Part shown: positions 62,894-64,000 of the stretch, piece after piece | Numbering within the stretch: the first letter of the stretch is position 1 | Layout: each line of letters opens with the position of its first letter | Origin: an uncultured Acidimicrobiales bacterium | GTDB lineage: Bacteria > Actinomycetota > Acidimicrobiia > Acidimicrobiales > SZUA-35 | DNA: 64,000 nt | Assembly: GCA_937922805.1 (NCBI GenBank) | Contig: CALAJV010000008.1 | Span: 15,475 to 79,474 of the forward strand | Reading direction: 5' to 3' | The notes under the pieces: generated by a model | The model's input: only the letters and a program-made list of their open reading frames with translations | The model's database searches: none | What the model was told of the DNA's origin: nothing | Translations under genes and position numbers: made by a program

Positions 62894-63865
62894 GTGCGCC
62901 TACTTCAACCCCGGTTGCTGCTGACTACAGCTATTGTTCTCGCCGCCGGCGGAATCAGCACAGCATCAATCTTGGGGTTCGCAGGATCATGGACATGGGC
63001 GTTCGATCTCCTCAGCCACTACCGCCTACAATACGCAATCCTCATCGCCCTGCTACTCGCGATATCACTAGCCACTCGCCACAAATGGCTCATCGCCGCA
63101 ATGACGGCATTGTTCGCCGTGCACCTCGTGCCATTAACCCCAATGGTCATCAGCGGCGACCAACCAACCGGAACCGGCGACTCGATTCGAATCGTGCACC
63201 TTAATGTTCTGACCGAGAATACCGAACGAAGCAAAGCGGCGCGATGGCTCGCCGATCAGAACGCCGAAATAGTTGTAGTCCAAGAGACCGACGAGCTCTG
63301 GGCTCAAACTCTCGACACTGAGTTGGAAGATATGACGAGGCTCGACACCGCAACGCTGTCTGGTTTCGGCAACTTTGGCATGGCTGTCTACATAAACGAT
63401 GACTTCGCCATCGACAACGTGGAAGTTCTCGACCCGATTTCGACGCCAGCTCTGGCGGTGACGATCCCGTTGGAGTCTGGGGCTTCGCCTCTCCTCCTCT
63501 ACTCGATTCATACTGTGCCACCGCTCGGGGCCGACAGGGTCGAGTACGCCAGCGAGCAGATTGACTTAGCCAAGCGGCGAATCGCTGATCACGACGGCCC
63601 GGTAGCGCTCGTCGGTGACTTGAACGCTACTCGCTGGTCTCACACGTTCCGACGGGTAACTACCAACACTGGTCTGAGAGATGGCGGCGCGGGTTCAGGA
63701 ATCACCGGCACTTGGCCGTCGCCACTTTGGTTCACCGGCATGATCGGGATAGATCACGTTCTGGTTACCGAACAGATCCGCGTCGACGATTATTGGATCG
63801 GTCCTGATCTAGGGTCAGATCACCGCCCGGTCGTTGCCGACCTAACGGTAGTCTCAGCCACCTAG
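62894..63865 (+). CDS. Membrane-anchored endonuclease/exonuclease/phosphatase (EEP) family protein
   Basis: Three N-terminal TM helices, then EEP blocks 'IRIVHLNVLTEN', 'EIVVVQETD', 'GDLNATRWS' and 'IDHVLV...GSDHRPVVADL'. The tracked ORF start (62495) overlaps the previous gene in another frame. An in-frame GTG at 62894 is the proposed start, so the start is uncertain. Confidence 0.7.
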   Translation: MRLLQPRLLLTTAIVLAAGGISTASILGFAGSWTWAFDLLSHYRLQYAILIALLLAISLATRHKWLIAAMTALFAVHLVPLTPMVISGDQPTGTGDSIRIVHLNVLTENTERSKAARWLADQNAEIVVVQETDELWAQTLDTELEDMTRLDTATLSGFGNFGMAVYINDDFAIDNVEVLDPISTPALAVTIPLESGASPLLLYSIHTVPPLGADRVEYASEQIDLAKRRIADHDGPVALVGDLNATRWSHTFRRVTTNTGLRDGGAGSGITGTWPSPLWFTGMIGIDHVLVTEQIRVDDYWIGPDLGSDHRPVVADLTVVSAT

Positions 63866-64000
63866 AACCTGGATTCAGTTTGCTCGACTATCTGTCTTTC
63901 AAGCCTCGGTGTTCAAACAAACCGCGGGCTGGTCAGGCGTTATCTCCAACGGAACCGGCTAGACAGAAGCTATGACCTCTATCCTTCCCGGCGAATCGAC

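Overview
This 64-kb window comes from a moderate-GC actinobacterium. The phylum call rests on the mycothiol gene mshA with its usual YbjN-like neighbour, two F420/flavin LLM oxidoreductases and an RsiG-like protein; any finer placement (for example Acidimicrobiia-like) is a guess.

Positions 1-17.4 kb look like conserved housekeeping synteny: a DUF62 SAM hydrolase, proC, a rhomboid protease, a TetR regulator, YbjN-mshA, an XRE regulator, an RsiG-like protein, a MoaD-like protein coupled to a CdsA-like membrane protein, kbl-tdh, a histidine phosphatase and a DUF45 protein. This block ends at tRNA-Lys(UUU), 17433-17507.

Downstream of the tRNA is a decayed island-like stretch. It holds an AT-richer K+ channel gene, an HhH/Excalibur membrane protein, an orphan PD-(D/E)xK-like protein and a tyrosine-recombinase relic.

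From about 22 to 54.6 kb the region is dominated by secreted proteins and lipoproteins:
- a duplicated lipoprotein + secreted-protein cassette
- M23, S8, GH16, DUF1996 and beta-helix proteins
- a 1713-aa giant protein paired divergently with a small paralogue
- an orphan toxin-tip relic with a candidate immunity gene
- a split chrB
- a stand-alone RelA/SpoT synthetase with a long C-terminal extension

The right end carries lon, a WHH-nuclease polymorphic toxin with an ATGA-coupled SMI1/KNR4 immunity gene, an LLM oxidoreductase and a membrane EEP-family protein.

I saw no CRISPR array, intact transposase, rRNA or recognisable multi-gene defence operon. The best candidates for unexplored biology are:
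- the RelA/SpoT fusion protein (37542-38978)
- the divergent giant/small pair with a shared leader (48651-54611)
- the orphan nuclease-like gene in the tRNA-Lys island
- the toxin-immunity modules
- the 768-aa polyacidic protein

All family assignments come from motif recognition by eye. No database searches were run.
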